DNA of 64,000 bases from Hormiphora californensis (lineage: Eukaryota; Animalia; Ctenophora), in NCBI GenBank assembly GCA_020137815.1, contig CM035355.1, positions 124,001 through 188,000 on the forward strand, written 5' to 3'. The translations under genes and the position numbers were made by a program. Numbering within the stretch: position 1 is the first letter of the stretch; each line of letters begins with the position of its first letter. Shown one piece after another: positions 63,586-64,000 of the stretch. The notes beneath the pieces were generated by a model. The model was not told the DNA's origin, made no database searches, and saw only the letters and a program-made list of their open reading frames with translations.

Positions 63586-64000
63586 CTAGTAAACCCGTTC
63601 GCCCTACGGGCGAATTTCGGGGAAATGGTAGCTGGGTTAGGGAGCACTGACATCACCAGTCGACCTGTTGACATCCTATCTTAAGTTACTGTATCGTAAA
63701 AGGAGCGCAGGCGGGATCGCTGCGAGTTTCAGAACGTCAGCCACCAATGGGACCCCATCCTCCCCATTGTTGCATCCTCCTTCAACCCCCGTAGTGCCAA
63801 TATCCCCGGGTTCCAGTCTCCCTCCGTTCCCACTCCCCCTGCCACTAACCCGTCTCACGTATCACAGCTGTAGCCCCCCCCCCCTCTCCCTCCCTGCTCT
63901 CACCCCCTCTCATCCTACCACAACAACCCAGCTCACCACCCTATCTCATCTCCACCCTGTCACCCAATCCAATCACACCCTGGGTATTTATACCCACCAC
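63586..64000 (-). mobile_element. Helitron 3' end (runs off the window)
   Basis: Minus strand hairpin TTCGCCC-GTA-GGGCGAA then cgggttta CTAG|T. Confidence 0.65.

Overview
Repeat-saturated eukaryotic (animal) genomic DNA; I found no prokaryotic genes, rRNA or CRISPR. It is probably from a ctenophore (inferred from a 42-nt match to the ctenophore trans-spliced leader as I recall it). Contents: (1) a minus-strand host gene traceable as four phase-compatible exons (44301-44196, 40953-40567, 7017-6912, 311-74) encoding an acidic/coiled-coil protein of unknown function; (2) an L2/CR1-group LINE (45384-49882; indel-rich twin 31405-35849) whose 5' end is the spliced-leader (SL) exon, whose gag-like ORF1 runs into ORF2 across an A-run/A_AAA_AAC slippery site, and whose RT has an internal deletion; (3) an intact RTE-clade LINE (ORF 56343-59474) nested in a hAT-like element nested in a Tc1/mariner-like foldback; (4) many MITEs, foldbacks, Helitron-like elements and a MULE-like relic; (5) a ~22 kb indel-rich block (15.5-37.3 kb) that re-copies its flanks, most likely a second haplotype inserted by the assembly. 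Best candidate for an undescribed system: a LINE that gets its capped 5' end by SL trans-splicing and may express ORF2 by -1 frameshifting.
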